From positions 1 to 64,000 of the IMG/VR virus record IMGVR_UViG_3300026488_000012: a stretch of 64,000 nt of DNA. The stretch is one strand, 5' to 3'. Position numbers and translations under genes: made by a program. Of this stretch, positions 15,200 through 26,700 are shown in pieces. The stretch comes from a virus. Below the pieces are notes generated by a model, which worked only from the letters and a program-made list of their open reading frames with translations, did no database searches and was not told where the DNA came from. Every line of letters starts with the position of its first letter. Position 1 is the stretch's first letter.

Positions 15200-16534
15200 T
15201 TATATTCCAAGAGATCTTTTAATGGATTTAATAGCGTTTTCTAATTTAGATATTAGATTCCTTATGGTTGATGTATTTTTCGTGTTAACTCCGTTGAAGA
15301 GGTTATTTGTGTTATTTATAGTCTCGTCTAATGATTTCTTAGGTGTTTCCATAGAGTCTGGAGGATTTTTAACACTTAGTTTTTTAGGACTTTTAACGCT
15401 ACCAGCACTACCACCTCCTGATTTACATACACAACAACAAGGACAACTACCTGGTGATACGGTATCTGGGAAAAACCCTCCTGATAAGACTGTATTGCCA
15501 GCGATATTTATAGCAGTAGCTTTTATGGTTAAAGCAGCTCCTGCGTCTATCGTGATATTAGCATCTGCTTTAATTAGTATATTTCTACTTGTTATCTGTG
15601 TATTATTCTTAGAGTTCATAATTAAATCTTTATTAACTGCGTTAATGGTGATTTCATTATTCTTAGTAGCTAATAAGATATCGTTATCAGCTATCATTGA
15701 CATATGACAGGTCGAATACATTTCAAAGGTACTCTCGCAACTACCTGCATTTACATCGGCGTCTATAGTTAGGAAATTACCTTTATGATCTGTATAAGAA
15801 TATAAACTACCATACCCTATAAATAGTCCATTATATTTCGGTTTATCTCCATCCATAAAAACATTTAAATTAAAAGATGGTTTAGATGGATCATTGACGA
15901 TAGATACTGAATTAGTGTATTCTACATTACAATCAGAGCCATGTGAATGTATCCATAGTTTCTTTTCTACTTCTCCGCTTGAGGTAGATTTATTTTTTAT
16001 AAATAATCTTTCCCAGAAATAGATATCTGTTTCTCCTAACTTATATAGCATAACAAAATCACCTACATCCAAACAGGGAGGAGAGACAGTTCCGGAAGTC
16101 TCAGTCCTTAAAAATTGTGCTTCTACTACTCTATCTTCTATTACGGTATATTCTATAGGTTCTGTTCTTTCATAGTCTTTACTAGAATCTATTACTAATT
16201 CTGATTCCTCTACATCTCCGTATTTAATAGGATAAACCTTTATATCGAGTTTCCTTTCTACAGGTTCTTTGAGTTTAAGTATTAACTCCATTAATTTATT
16301 TTTATCTATGGTTTTAGACATTAATCCGTTATCTAAGATATAGTTTATTATTAAACCCTCTAAGTCATACGACTGTTTATATAAAGGAGACTCTTCTATA
16401 GGATAAACTTTTACAACACTATCACATTTACCTGGATTCTGGTTCGATTCAACTACTAGACCTATACTATATGGTCTTAATATACTCGTATAATCCTTCC
16501 TAAAGGAAGTATATAAATCCTTACCTATATACAT
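15200..16534 (-). CDS. Putative baseplate central spike protein (gp5/VgrG-like beta-helix)
   Basis: N-terminal PYSIGLVVE...VKVYPIE segment; C-terminal alternating beta-helix repeats (ITINA...ILIKADANITIDAGAALTIKATAINIAG); SD aggaga. Confidence 0.6.
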   Translation of the reverse strand: MYIGKDLYTSFRKDYTSILRPYSIGLVVESNQNPGKCDSVVKVYPIEESPLYKQSYDLEGLIINYILDNGLMSKTIDKNKLMELILKLKEPVERKLDIKVYPIKYGDVEESELVIDSSKDYERTEPIEYTVIEDRVVEAQFLRTETSGTVSPPCLDVGDFVMLYKLGETDIYFWERLFIKNKSTSSGEVEKKLWIHSHGSDCNVEYTNSVSIVNDPSKPSFNLNVFMDGDKPKYNGLFIGYGSLYSYTDHKGNFLTIDADVNAGSCESTFEMYSTCHMSMIADNDILLATKNNEITINAVNKDLIMNSKNNTQITSRNILIKADANITIDAGAALTIKATAINIAGNTVLSGGFFPDTVSPGSCPCCCVCKSGGGSAGSVKSPKKLSVKNPPDSMETPKKSLDETINNTNNLFNGVNTKNTSTIRNLISKLENAIKSIKRSLGI

Positions 16535-16635
16535 ACCTATTCTCCTTGAAGCCGTTAATTCAAAGTATCAATTTCCATCATAAATTAAGCAATCTTAACA
16601 TCTACTGAAACAATAACAGTTAATAAGGATAGAAT

Positions 16636-19056
16636 ATGATAGTAAAAGAAATAACATTAAATAAATATAAGAGAATGAGTAACCTCCTAGTAGATAAAAT
16701 CACTTATAAACCTAATAAACGAATACAGATAATAATAGGTAGTAACGGAATGGGCAAATCATCTTTATTAAAAGAACTTATACCTAACGCTGAGAACCTC
16801 AAAAATGAATATAAAGAGAACGGTTATAAGAAACTAGTTATCAAACATAGAAACAGTGAGTATGTTATCACTTATACCAGAGATGATAACAGTTATTCTA
16901 TTACAAGGGATGGTGTAGAGCTTAATCAGTCGTTAAATGTTAAAACATTTAAAACCATCTTAGAAAAAGAGTTTAATATAAACAAACACATACACCAGTT
17001 ATTAATAGGAGATATATCTTTCTCTAATATGTCTACAACAATGAGGAAAGTATGGCTGACTGAAATCTTATCAGATACCAACTTTGAATTCGGATTAAAT
17101 CTTTATAATAAAACAAGAGAACGTATAAAGACAATAAACTCTGTTATAAAGATGTTTGAGAGTAAACTACTTAATAAGTCTAAAGAGTTAGAAGAGATGA
17201 AAAACGTTAACCTAGCAGAGATAGAAAGAAACATATCTGTTTTGGAAGATTCTAAAAGAAAGATTCTAACTGACATAAAAACAAATATAAAGACATATGA
17301 CAGAGAAATGTTATTAAATAAACTCGAAGAGTATTTAAAGCTTTATGAGAGATACAGTAATGTTAAATATGTAGATAACTTAGAAAGTAGAATAGAAAAC
17401 CTAATCTCTGAGATAGAACACTTAGAAGGCAAGAAGAAGACTATACACGATTCACTAACAATGGTAAATGAGTTATTAGACAACATAAAGATGGTAACAG
17501 AGCTAGAGAATAAGAAACTTAAACTCGAAAAAGAGTTAATAGAGTTTAACGAGAAGTATGTAGAAGACTTAGAATTAAGTATGGATGACATACTTTATCT
17601 GTTAGACAATATAACAGACGATTTGTATATATTAAACAATTTCTTTGGTGAATTAAAAACATTAGATATTGATACAAAGGACTTACCTAAATTAGAAGAG
17701 GATTTAATAAATACACAAAAAAATAAAGAATCATTAACATCTAAACTCATCAAGATTGAAACTGAATTAGAACATATGAATAAAGCAAAAGAGAATAAAG
17801 TAGTATGTGATAAATGTGGTAATGTTATAATACCTGGATTTAGTAGGGATAGATACAAACAACTAGAAGAAGAACACGATAGGTTAATTAACCATCTTAA
17901 AAAACTTGATGATACCATAAACACACTTAACAATAAAATAGAAACTATTAAGAGGAAAAGAGATATCATAAATAATATTAAATCATTTGTAACTGAACAT
18001 AACATATATCTTAAATTGTTTAAGAAATGGTTAAATGGTAAAACATTTGAGGAAGGATATAGAGACATAGAGCTAAGGCTTACAGAACTTAACAATTTCA
18101 TCAATACTTACAACAATGAGATACTTAAATACTTTAGTCTTAAAAAACTGAAAGATAAGTTATCCAACATAAAGGACCTTAAATTAAACAATAAAGAAAA
18201 CCTTTTAGAACGATATAAAAAACTGAGTGAAGACTATAATAAAATAGTAGATGAATTTAATAACAGAAAGAAAGAGCTGAAACATTTAAAATCTATAGAA
18301 AAAGCAAACAGGGATAAAATATTATACTTAACTAAATTAGAAAAAGGATTGAAGGTATTAGGTAAGAACAGAATTAATGAATACCAGGAGTTGAAGAATG
18401 AGTTTCTGAAAAAACTATTGAGAGTAGTAGAAGACTTATTGAAACAAGAAACCATTAAACTATCAGATATAAAAACTATAGAAAATGAAGTTATTAACAT
18501 TAAGAATGATATATTAGAACTAAATAATAGACTTAAGGTGTTAAAGTTATTAGAAAAAGCATTATCACCTAAGACCGGTATATTAGCTAAAGGACTACTT
18601 AATTACATAAACAATTTCATAGATGAGTTAAATAAAGTAATTGACTCCATATTCGACTATGATTTAAAAATTAAACATATAGATTTGGACGAGGATAAGT
18701 TAGATTTTAACTTTAAACTAATGGTTAAGAAAGTAAACATCATACCTGATATAAGTAAAGGAAGTAGCGGTATGAAGGAAGTAATAGATTTAGCATTTAG
18801 GTTAGTGGCTATGAAGATGTTAAATCTTACTAACTATCCACTTATACTGGATGAATTCGGTAGAACTATGGACCCTATACATAGAAAGAAAGCATATGAC
18901 TATATAAGCGATATAGCTACTGATTTTAGTAATGTATTTATAACAAGTCACAATGACGACGTAATAACTAGATTCCCTAATGCTGAACTGGTTATTTTAG
19001 ACAGAGAACATTATAATCTACCTAATGTAAAAAATACAGCACTAGTTAAGGGGTAG
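16636..19056 (+). CDS. sbcC: SbcC/Rad50-like SMC ATPase
   Basis: Walker A GSNGMGKSS; long coiled coils; Zn-hook CDKC; signature SKGSSGM; Walker B LILDE; H-loop ITSH. Confidence 0.92.
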   Translation: MIVKEITLNKYKRMSNLLVDKITYKPNKRIQIIIGSNGMGKSSLLKELIPNAENLKNEYKENGYKKLVIKHRNSEYVITYTRDDNSYSITRDGVELNQSLNVKTFKTILEKEFNINKHIHQLLIGDISFSNMSTTMRKVWLTEILSDTNFEFGLNLYNKTRERIKTINSVIKMFESKLLNKSKELEEMKNVNLAEIERNISVLEDSKRKILTDIKTNIKTYDREMLLNKLEEYLKLYERYSNVKYVDNLESRIENLISEIEHLEGKKKTIHDSLTMVNELLDNIKMVTELENKKLKLEKELIEFNEKYVEDLELSMDDILYLLDNITDDLYILNNFFGELKTLDIDTKDLPKLEEDLINTQKNKESLTSKLIKIETELEHMNKAKENKVVCDKCGNVIIPGFSRDRYKQLEEEHDRLINHLKKLDDTINTLNNKIETIKRKRDIINNIKSFVTEHNIYLKLFKKWLNGKTFEEGYRDIELRLTELNNFINTYNNEILKYFSLKKLKDKLSNIKDLKLNNKENLLERYKKLSEDYNKIVDEFNNRKKELKHLKSIEKANRDKILYLTKLEKGLKVLGKNRINEYQELKNEFLKKLLRVVEDLLKQETIKLSDIKTIENEVINIKNDILELNNRLKVLKLLEKALSPKTGILAKGLLNYINNFIDELNKVIDSIFDYDLKIKHIDLDEDKLDFNFKLMVKKVNIIPDISKGSSGMKEVIDLAFRLVAMKMLNLTNYPLILDEFGRTMDPIHRKKAYDYISDIATDFSNVFITSHNDDVITRFPNAELVILDREHYNLPNVKNTALVKG

Positions 19057-19072
19057 TTACCCCTTAACTAGT
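19041..19072. terminator. Bidirectional terminator hairpin
   Basis: actagttaagggg/ccccttaactagt; the convergent stops abut at 19056/19057 inside the loop. Confidence 0.75.
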
Positions 19073-19656
19073 TTACTTAAAATATTGACTTGTTTACTTA
19101 GTATCTTGTTAATCTTCTCACACTCTTTAAGTCTAACAAAAACAGACCTTAGTGATTTCATTTTAGTTTTTCTTTTTTTAGTTAATAACTCACTATCTTC
19201 CCTGGTTACTTTAATAACAGGAGAGGCATCTATAAGTTTAACAGTAGCGTCTATACCTAGCTCTTGTAATGTTAAATCTTTTAGTTCATCTAGAAAATAT
19301 GACAAATCCTCATTATCTCTTATTAAATCCAGGTCTATAGCAATAATTTTTTTCCTATAGTTAACTCCTGTTATATCAGGAACACTTAATATAAAACTAA
19401 CAGGTACTGCATAATAGTTGCCATCCGAATCATTAAACTCTACTATAGGTATGTTGTTAATTACATCGTTTTTGTAATTAGTCTCGGGTATACCTAAAGG
19501 TTTATATACATACTCATAGACATCTACGCCTGATATGGACAGATTCTCTATACTCCTTATCCCTTGTACCACTAATTCTGTTCCCGGGATATGCTCATTA
19601 ACAGGAGGTGAAAATGTAAACAATCCTTTTGTTCCTATATACGGTATATATGTCAT
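19057..19656 (-). CDS. phiKZ-like conserved (probably virion) protein
   Basis: 199 aa; N-terminus PYIGTKGLFTFSPP resembles a conserved phiKZ-like family (recall). Confidence 0.55.
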   Translation of the reverse strand: MTYIPYIGTKGLFTFSPPVNEHIPGTELVVQGIRSIENLSISGVDVYEYVYKPLGIPETNYKNDVINNIPIVEFNDSDGNYYAVPVSFILSVPDITGVNYRKKIIAIDLDLIRDNEDLSYFLDELKDLTLQELGIDATVKLIDASPVIKVTREDSELLTKKRKTKMKSLRSVFVRLKECEKINKILSKQVNILSKLVKG

Positions 19657-19665
19657 ATCTACTCC

Positions 19666-20238
19666 TTACCAGATACTTATTAAAGCTTCTTTTCTATTTT
19701 TTAATTTGTTATATAAAACGTACGTTATAGCTACTGCATCGAACTCATGTTCTGTTAGTTTTGATACATCAACGAACTTATGTATGAAATCCATAGACTT
19801 AACAGAATCCTCTGTTCCTTTTTTATTATAATAGAATTCATTACTCATCATCCGTTTAACATATAGTGGTGCAAACTTAACAATTTTTGCTTCTTTATAA
19901 GTATTGTAGTATGCTAACTCTATAGTCTGTATAACTCTTGATAACGGTAAAAATGATGAAATCTTTCTAATATTTATAAAAGCACTTTCTATGGCTAACA
20001 TATTTATATAATACTTGTTAAATATCTCGGTAAAAAGATTATGGATATAAATGTTCTTATATGTATGTTTATCTATGGAATCAGGTATTCTTAGATTAGA
20101 TAAATCTAATGTTTCGGTATGGACATCGGTTATTTCGAAATCTTCAGGATTTATGGTAAATATTGAGACTCCTATAAAATTTGTACTTGGGTCTATACCC
20201 ATAATTTTAATATCATTGACAGTTCTTACTGGATTCAT
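19666..20238 (-). CDS. ruvC: RuvC-like Holliday junction resolvase
   Basis: IMGIDPSTNFIGVS, AIES, EHEFDAVAI acidic motifs. Confidence 0.88.
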   Translation of the reverse strand: MNPVRTVNDIKIMGIDPSTNFIGVSIFTINPEDFEITDVHTETLDLSNLRIPDSIDKHTYKNIYIHNLFTEIFNKYYINMLAIESAFINIRKISSFLPLSRVIQTIELAYYNTYKEAKIVKFAPLYVKRMMSNEFYYNKKGTEDSVKSMDFIHKFVDVSKLTEHEFDAVAITYVLYNKLKNRKEALISIW

Positions 20239-21076
20239 CTTCTTTCCTTAACGGTATCAGTTCACCGCCTCCTAACTCAACATCGAACTTAATGTTAGGA
20301 GAATCTAATACTTGTAAGTCTAAGTTTACATCTATAAAAAATCCCACCTGTGTAAATACCGATTCAAGACTACCGTCTGGTAACTCATAATCTATACCGG
20401 TACAGAATCCTATTTCCGTTATAAGCGTATCTTCTAACTCTAATATATTTTTTACATTATATAACTCCTCTAGTTCGTCTTTATCTAGTTGGAATGGAAC
20501 TCTTATAACATTTACAGCAAACTTAGTATTTTCAAGATTAACTAAGTCGTTGTTCTTATCTGGTTTTGGTGATAAAATGTCGTCTCTATATGTGTTAAGT
20601 ATCTTAGCTGATGGTATAACCTCTGAATAGTCTATATAGAGTATCTCTGGTCTATACCATATATTACTCATATCTAATTTTTTCATATAGTAGAGAGCAT
20701 ATCTGGTTCCTTTTATATTCTCTTCTACTCTTAGTCTATAGTTTTTTCTTGTCTCAGATATAAGGTCGTCGCTAACTGGTCTTATTATAAAAGGTATATG
20801 CTCGTATAAAGCAGCGTCTAAAGGACTATGTTTACCCACTTTTAAATTTAATAAATTAGAATTAACTACTTCTTTACCTCCTCTACCTATAACAACACCT
20901 GATATGGTAGGATATCTGTAGTTCTCATTAGTTATATATTCAAACTGAGAATGTTCTAAGACGTTAAATTTTTCATTAAGAGTTGTATTTGGTAAAGGAT
21001 AATAGTTTATACCAAACATCATACAGGTTTGAAGTTTAAGATTATAAATGGTCCTTGTAGAATTATAAACGTTCAT
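20213..21076 (-). CDS. Virion structural protein (phiKZ gp139-like)
   Basis: RTIY...NTTLNEKF...IGRGG...DAALYEHIPFIIRP pattern; usual neighbour of the resolvase in phiKZ-like phages. Confidence 0.65.
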   Translation of the reverse strand: MNVYNSTRTIYNLKLQTCMMFGINYYPLPNTTLNEKFNVLEHSQFEYITNENYRYPTISGVVIGRGGKEVVNSNLLNLKVGKHSPLDAALYEHIPFIIRPVSDDLISETRKNYRLRVEENIKGTRYALYYMKKLDMSNIWYRPEILYIDYSEVIPSAKILNTYRDDILSPKPDKNNDLVNLENTKFAVNVIRVPFQLDKDELEELYNVKNILELEDTLITEIGFCTGIDYELPDGSLESVFTQVGFFIDVNLDLQVLDSPNIKFDVELGGGELIPLRKEDESSKNCQ

Positions 21077-21489
21077 CAGTTACCCCTTATCTCTTCTAAA
21101 GATATTTCTTCATAGCCTATTTTGTCTTCACCAGGTACTACTTCTATAGGTATCTCATCACTTACTTCTATCTGTTTATATTCGTTAGAAACATCTACGG
21201 GTTCTTTTTTACTTAAGTTAATGAGTAGTTCTTTAACCATAGCAGTGACATTGTTATTGTTATCATCTTCTTGTTTTTTAAGTCTTCTATCTACTCTACC
21301 TAAAACATTAGCATCCATAGCGTTTAGTACTTCGTTTAAGACACGTATGTCCCTACTATTAACAGGTACTCCATCCTTTGTTAATTCATCCACTATCTTC
21401 TCTCTTATACTAAGGGTCTTATTTAATATTCTCATCTCTTCTGGTAAGAATAACTCTGTATCTGGTGTGTTAATTATTTCTAAATCCAT
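21076..21489 (-). CDS. Conserved hypothetical helical protein
   Basis: 137 aa; 1-nt overlap with downstream gene; first gene of the minus-strand operon. Confidence 0.7.
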   Translation of the reverse strand: MDLEIINTPDTELFLPEEMRILNKTLSIREKIVDELTKDGVPVNSRDIRVLNEVLNAMDANVLGRVDRRLKKQEDDNNNNVTAMVKELLINLSKKEPVDVSNEYKQIEVSDEIPIEVVPGEDKIGYEEISLEEIRGN

Positions 21490-21582
21490 AGGTAATCCTT
21501 TTTTACCGGTGATTTTTCTATTGAACTTAATTCAGTTTATACCGGGTATTAGTTAATGTAAATAGTTATTCAAGGAGAAATT

Positions 21583-22089
21583 ATGTTAACGTTTTTGAAG
21601 AAATTAGTAAGAGGGAGTCCATTAGACCAGATATTAAAATTAAAAAATGAGAATAACTACAAGTATAGAGAATTATTAGTAAAATACCTCTCCAAAATAG
21701 ATTATGAAGTTTTTAATCCTGAGAGTAAAAACAAGAGAATTAAAATTAATACTTTCCACGCATTCATAGACGATTACATAGAAGACGTGTATCATCTTCT
21801 TGAATATAATTTTAATAAAGCTATCTCTAATTCTGTTTTTAATAAAACAAAGAAAGAGATATATTATTACGATTTCTTTATAGATAAAAAGAGATGGGAG
21901 TTTATCGACTGGAAGAAATCAATACACGAATATTTAGAGATATATATAGGACTTGTGGAGTTGTTCTATATCTCTAAAGAATTAATGGAATCGGGACAAG
22001 ATTTTTTAATTTTCAAAGTTTTAAATTATTATCTTACTAATATGGAAGAAATCATTCTTCCGATTTTATTAAATAATGAAAGGAGGTAA
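21583..22089 (+). CDS. Hypothetical protein
   Basis: 168 aa, SD aaggag. Confidence 0.7.
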   Translation: MLTFLKKLVRGSPLDQILKLKNENNYKYRELLVKYLSKIDYEVFNPESKNKRIKINTFHAFIDDYIEDVYHLLEYNFNKAISNSVFNKTKKEIYYYDFFIDKKRWEFIDWKKSIHEYLEIYIGLVELFYISKELMESGQDFLIFKVLNYYLTNMEEIILPILLNNERR

Positions 22090-22095
22090 GTATGT

Positions 22096-22512
22096 ATGTA
22101 TATTAAACCGATTATATTAGACGCTCTAGAAGAAGCGGAGAAATTATTAACACGTGTAGAGGAAGGTATAATTAAATATGTTGTAGAAAACTTAAATCTT
22201 AACAGCTTGTATTATACAAGCGTAAAATTTATAGACCGAATAAATGAACTCGGTCGGGAATATTCGAAAATATACTTCAACAATGATGAAGTATACAGGG
22301 CCCTGTATACAGACATATCGACAAAGATAAAGACGTTTATTACGATAAACGGTTTAGAGAAAAGAATAAAAGAAGAATTGAATATACGTCTATCGCTATT
22401 AGATAAGATTTATATAGACAAGGATGTCGTCGACGTATTTCTAATAGCACCTGTATATCTCTTAATTTACAAAAAATTATTATACGACGATAAAGGAGAC
22501 AAAAATGAGTAA
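22096..22512 (+). CDS. Hypothetical protein
   Basis: 138 aa, SD aggagg. Confidence 0.7.
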   Translation: MYIKPIILDALEEAEKLLTRVEEGIIKYVVENLNLNSLYYTSVKFIDRINELGREYSKIYFNNDEVYRALYTDISTKIKTFITINGLEKRIKEELNIRLSLLDKIYIDKDVVDVFLIAPVYLLIYKKLLYDDKGDKNE

Positions 22513-22903
22513 GGGTACTAGATTAGAGGAACTTAAAAAACTAAGTTACGAAGGTACTGCTAGTGATGAGCACGGAATCTTAGCTAAACTATGGAGGAAG
22601 ATACTATTAGAGAACAAACTAATAAACCAGTTACTATTTAATATTAACAAGTATGAGAGGACACCAGGTCCTAAGAAGAAAAATAAGTCTGTTATAATAA
22701 AGTCAGTAATTGACTCCAGAATAAGCTTTAAAACATTTCTATTTCTACTCTTCGAAATACTAAGAGTAAAAAAGGTTAAAATTAGAGTAGAGATAGATTT
22801 CGGTATGAAGACATCTGCGCACGAAATCGAAATAACTGCAGATGATTATAAAAAAGGTACGGTTGAAGAAGAAGAAAAAGATGAGAAAAATAATAAGAAA
22901 TAA
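22505..22903 (+). CDS. Conserved phiKZ-like hypothetical protein
   Basis: 132 aa, SD aaggag; GILAKLWRKIL motif recurrent in phiKZ-like phages (recall). Confidence 0.65.
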   Translation: MSKGTRLEELKKLSYEGTASDEHGILAKLWRKILLENKLINQLLFNINKYERTPGPKKKNKSVIIKSVIDSRISFKTFLFLLFEILRVKKVKIRVEIDFGMKTSAHEIEITADDYKKGTVEEEEKDEKNNKK

Positions 22904-22912
22904 AGTTGTTAT

Positions 22913-22930
22913 TATCTTACTAAATTGCAA
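22913..22930 (+). promoter_or_regulatory. Putative early promoter (18-nt motif)
   Basis: TATCTTACTAAATTGCAA; the downstream sequence (aa...aaatttaagaaaaggag) also resembles the chimallin leader. Confidence 0.7.
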
Positions 22931-22956
22931 AACAAATTTAAGAAAAGGAGCTAACA

Positions 22957-23700
22957 ATGAATAGAACAGAAGTAAGAATAAATCTACCATTTAACAATAT
23001 CTACATCCCAGGTGAAGATTTTGAAAATAATGTACTTGATGTTAAAATAAAAAATGAAGACAGAGAATTAAACTTAGGTGATTACCTATCTATCACGTAT
23101 CCTAGATATTTCATCAGCTTTTTAGGACCTGTTAAAACAGTTAAACAAGCTCTTGTATATATGAATAGTAACACAATGCCTGTTGAACTATTAAATAGTT
23201 ACTACTTCTTAACATACAGTAAAATAGAAAAACATGAAAGAAAAACACATAATGTTCCAAACTACAAGTCGCTTATGTTATACTTAATTATAGATAGTAT
23301 ATTTGCGCATAGAGAGTTAGTGGAACTTATCTTTAAAGAAATGGAAGAAGGTATACTAAAAGACCTTGATAACGTATATCTAATTCCTACACATAAAATA
23401 ATAAGTGGAGTTATCGAGAAGGAGGTTAGTTATGAAAAGGGTAAAATCTATGCAAGAATGACAAAGAAGGTATTAAGATATATGAATAATACCCTACAAG
23501 TTCTTAAAGAGGATACGGAAGACTCTGTATACAAAACAATAAAAGACTTAGAATTAGAAAAATATAAAGCTATTAAGAATCACGTCAAAGAACAGGCTAT
23601 AGAAGATACTAAGGATAAAGTAGTAGAACCTGTCCTCAAAGGCGTGAGGGGAGCCAAAGAATTAACAAAAGAAGAATTTTATAAACTATGGACGAGATAA
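22957..23700 (+). CDS. Hypothetical early protein
   Basis: 247 aa, SD aaggag, promoter motif upstream. Confidence 0.75.
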   Translation: MNRTEVRINLPFNNIYIPGEDFENNVLDVKIKNEDRELNLGDYLSITYPRYFISFLGPVKTVKQALVYMNSNTMPVELLNSYYFLTYSKIEKHERKTHNVPNYKSLMLYLIIDSIFAHRELVELIFKEMEEGILKDLDNVYLIPTHKIISGVIEKEVSYEKGKIYARMTKKVLRYMNNTLQVLKEDTEDSVYKTIKDLELEKYKAIKNHVKEQAIEDTKDKVVEPVLKGVRGAKELTKEEFYKLWTR

Positions 23701-23713
23701 CTCGTCCATAGTT
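23684..23713. terminator. Bidirectional terminator hairpin
   Basis: aactatggacgag/ctcgtccatagtt followed by T-run. Confidence 0.75.
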
Positions 23714-23719
23714 ATTTTT

Positions 23720-26700
23720 TTATTTTCTTATGTTAACAGCAGGTGCTGGTGCGTATTCGTAATGCCTATTAGTATTGTGCTTAGTATGTCCATAGTTATG
23801 TTTAGTATCATTTCCTTTATCTGTTAGAATCTCTACTAACTGATCTAATCTTTTCAACATCTCTTCTTGTACGGACGTTGATTTTTTAGCTACGTCTACT
23901 AACTCTACACTACTACTATGTAACTTTTCTAAATCTCGTATATCATTTTTAATGTGTATATTTGGTTTAGTTACGATAGGAGTGACTGAATTATTAGGTT
24001 TGATGTTTATGATTGGTTGTCTAGTTTCTATAGGGGATATAGTTTTTTTATCTGGTTTTATATCCGGTATCGTGTTCATAGTTATAGTATTATTATTTTC
24101 ACCGGTTGTAACTGGTATACTAGTAGTCTCATTTTTATTAGTATTAGATACATCGCTATCATCTCCCATACTCATAGTAGCAGCTGTTAACGCAGTCGCT
24201 GCAGCTGTACCGGGACCAGGTATTTGTGATAACACTGTAGATGCTAAATCGACTGCTGCTTTAGTCCATTGTCCCTTTATAATATCGTAACCAACAGTAC
24301 CTAAACCTGTTATTAAGCCTGCTATAGGTATTTTATTTATAAACGGTAAGACTGCTTTTAATTTAGGTAGTATTTTACTTACACCGGGTAAATGCTCAGC
24401 TATCTTAGTGATGATAGACGTAAATTTCTTTTTGACCGTATTTAACATACCTCCTACTACAGATTTAGCTTTATCCCATGTTCTTGATAAAAATCCACCT
24501 ACACTATTTAATTTATCTTTAACCGTCGTTACTACAGTAGTAGCTTTATCTTTTAACCAACTACCTATAGATCCTAACAGAGATGTATTCTCTGCTGCTG
24601 TAACAACACCTCCTAAAGTCTTAGTTTTATTAAATATATTTTTAATCCAGTCCCAAGTCTTCGTTACTACATTCTTTAATAATGACGGTAGACCTAATAA
24701 CGACTTAGCTATCTTAGGTAGATAATCAAATATACCTTTAATTAGTTTATTTAATAGTTTAGGAATTAACTTAATACCTCCCCAAATAAGACCAAGGTAT
24801 TTTAAGAAATCATTTTTATTCTCAGTTTTAGTAGTTTGTTGCTGTTTTTCATCAGCTTTCTCGTATGTTCTTAGTTGCTTGATCTTCTCAAGACGTTTAT
24901 TTAAGCTTTCTACATGTTCTTTAGTTCTTTCCTCTCTCTCATTCTCTAATTTATCTTTAGTTGTCGTCGTTAATCCTGTTACATTCGCTAAACCTTTTAC
25001 ACCTTTAATACCTACTTCACCAAGTGTTGTATATGTAGGTCTTAGTATAGTCCTACCTACCTTAGCCGCTATAACAGGTGCTTTAACTAAACCACTTACA
25101 ACATTAGAGAGTATAGATTTATTGTTCTTAGTTCTTTTATTATCAACTTCTACGTCATCATTATGTTTGATTTCTTTGTCATCGGTTCTAGTCTTATTCT
25201 TAGTTTTAGTCTTATCTGTTTTCTCTCTATGATTTTCCTCAGTCTCTTCTTCATTTTTAATATGTTTTTCTCTTTTCAATAAGTCTTTTACTTTGTCTCT
25301 TAGTTTAGTTTTAGTAGATTTTAGAATTTCAGTATTTGATTCCATAACTACCCTACCATCGGTATCTGTATATTTATTAACTTCAGTAGGATCGTTATAA
25401 TCAGGCATAATACCTCCTATGACATTACTTACAGTATCTAATCCTGGTAATTCTACATCTCCTAGATATTCTTTTATTATATCTTTATAAGACATTCTCA
25501 TAGACCTCTTACCTACATCCTTAACCTCTTCTAAGTGTTTCTTAACTTTTTCTGAAACATCACCCATCTTCTTATTTAACCATAAATCCTCATCGTTTAT
25601 AATCAGTGTCTCGAATGGTAACTTAGCTGCTTTCTTTATAAGACTACCAGTGAATTTAGCCGTACCACCTATTATCTTACCTGCTTTAGTATTAGTTACT
25701 TTATCTTTAACTTCTTTAGCCTTACCTTTTATATAAGTATCTAACTCTTCAGAATCTCTACCTGTTATAAGACTTAATACTTTCATTCCTAACTTCCACA
25801 TACCGGAACCAAATTTCTTAACCATATCGGACATAAATCCCCATACCTTTTTCAAAGAGTCTCTAGCTTTTTCCATAGTAGCAGAAATAGACTTACCTAT
25901 CTTATCAGCTACTTTAAAAGGAAATTCCATTACCTTTATGATACCTTCTGCTACAGCTGGATTTAATCCTAATACGTCAGTTAGCATAGTTCTTACACCA
26001 AACTTAGTTATCTCTCCTAATGATTTAAAAGCTTGCTTATACATAGGTCTTAGTATATTTCTACCAGTCCACCAGCTTCCTTTGAAATATCCAGTAGTAG
26101 CTAGTTTTAAGACGTCTAAAGCAGTCAGTTTTTTATTATTCCAGTTGTCTCCAAATATCTCTTTCAATAGTTCCTTAGTAAGTGACGTGTCGTTATTCTC
26201 TTGTAACTGTTTCTTGATCATCTCTTTAAATTTAACTTCTGTCTCTCTATCTAACTCGAAATAAGATACTTCATTCTTTCTTAGTTTTCTAGCTATGTCT
26301 CTTAAATCATCTTTTCTCATAAACTTAGAATGTTTCTTTGTTAGAACTTTCTTATTAAATAATTCTATATTACCGATACCTTCTCCCAGATTTTCACCGA
26401 TACTGTTTTCTAAAATATATTTAGCATAATCTGGATCGTTTAATAACTCTTCGTACTCCTCAGGTTTCATCTTCTTAACAAGGATATGTAAATCTTTCAG
26501 TTCTTTAAAACTTTGTTCATTATCACCTACTGTAAGTTCCCAGAGTATACTAGTAGGGTCTATGGTATCAAATACACTCTTTAATAACTTATATTCATCT
26601 TTATCATCCGGTTGTACTGATATATCTCTTAGACTTATCATTATCTTAGTAAGTACGTCATATGGATCACCATCAGTAAGAGACTTAAGTTGTGATATAG

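Noticed and set aside
15222-15707. 161-aa + strand ORF with PALPPP/QQQGQ
   Set aside because: Antisense shadow of the spike gene; the QQQ is the reverse complement of the Cys codons.
16636-19056. Orphan SbcC as a defence or condensin system
   Set aside because: SbcC and SbcD are typically unlinked in phiKZ-like genomes, so the partner probably lies outside this window.
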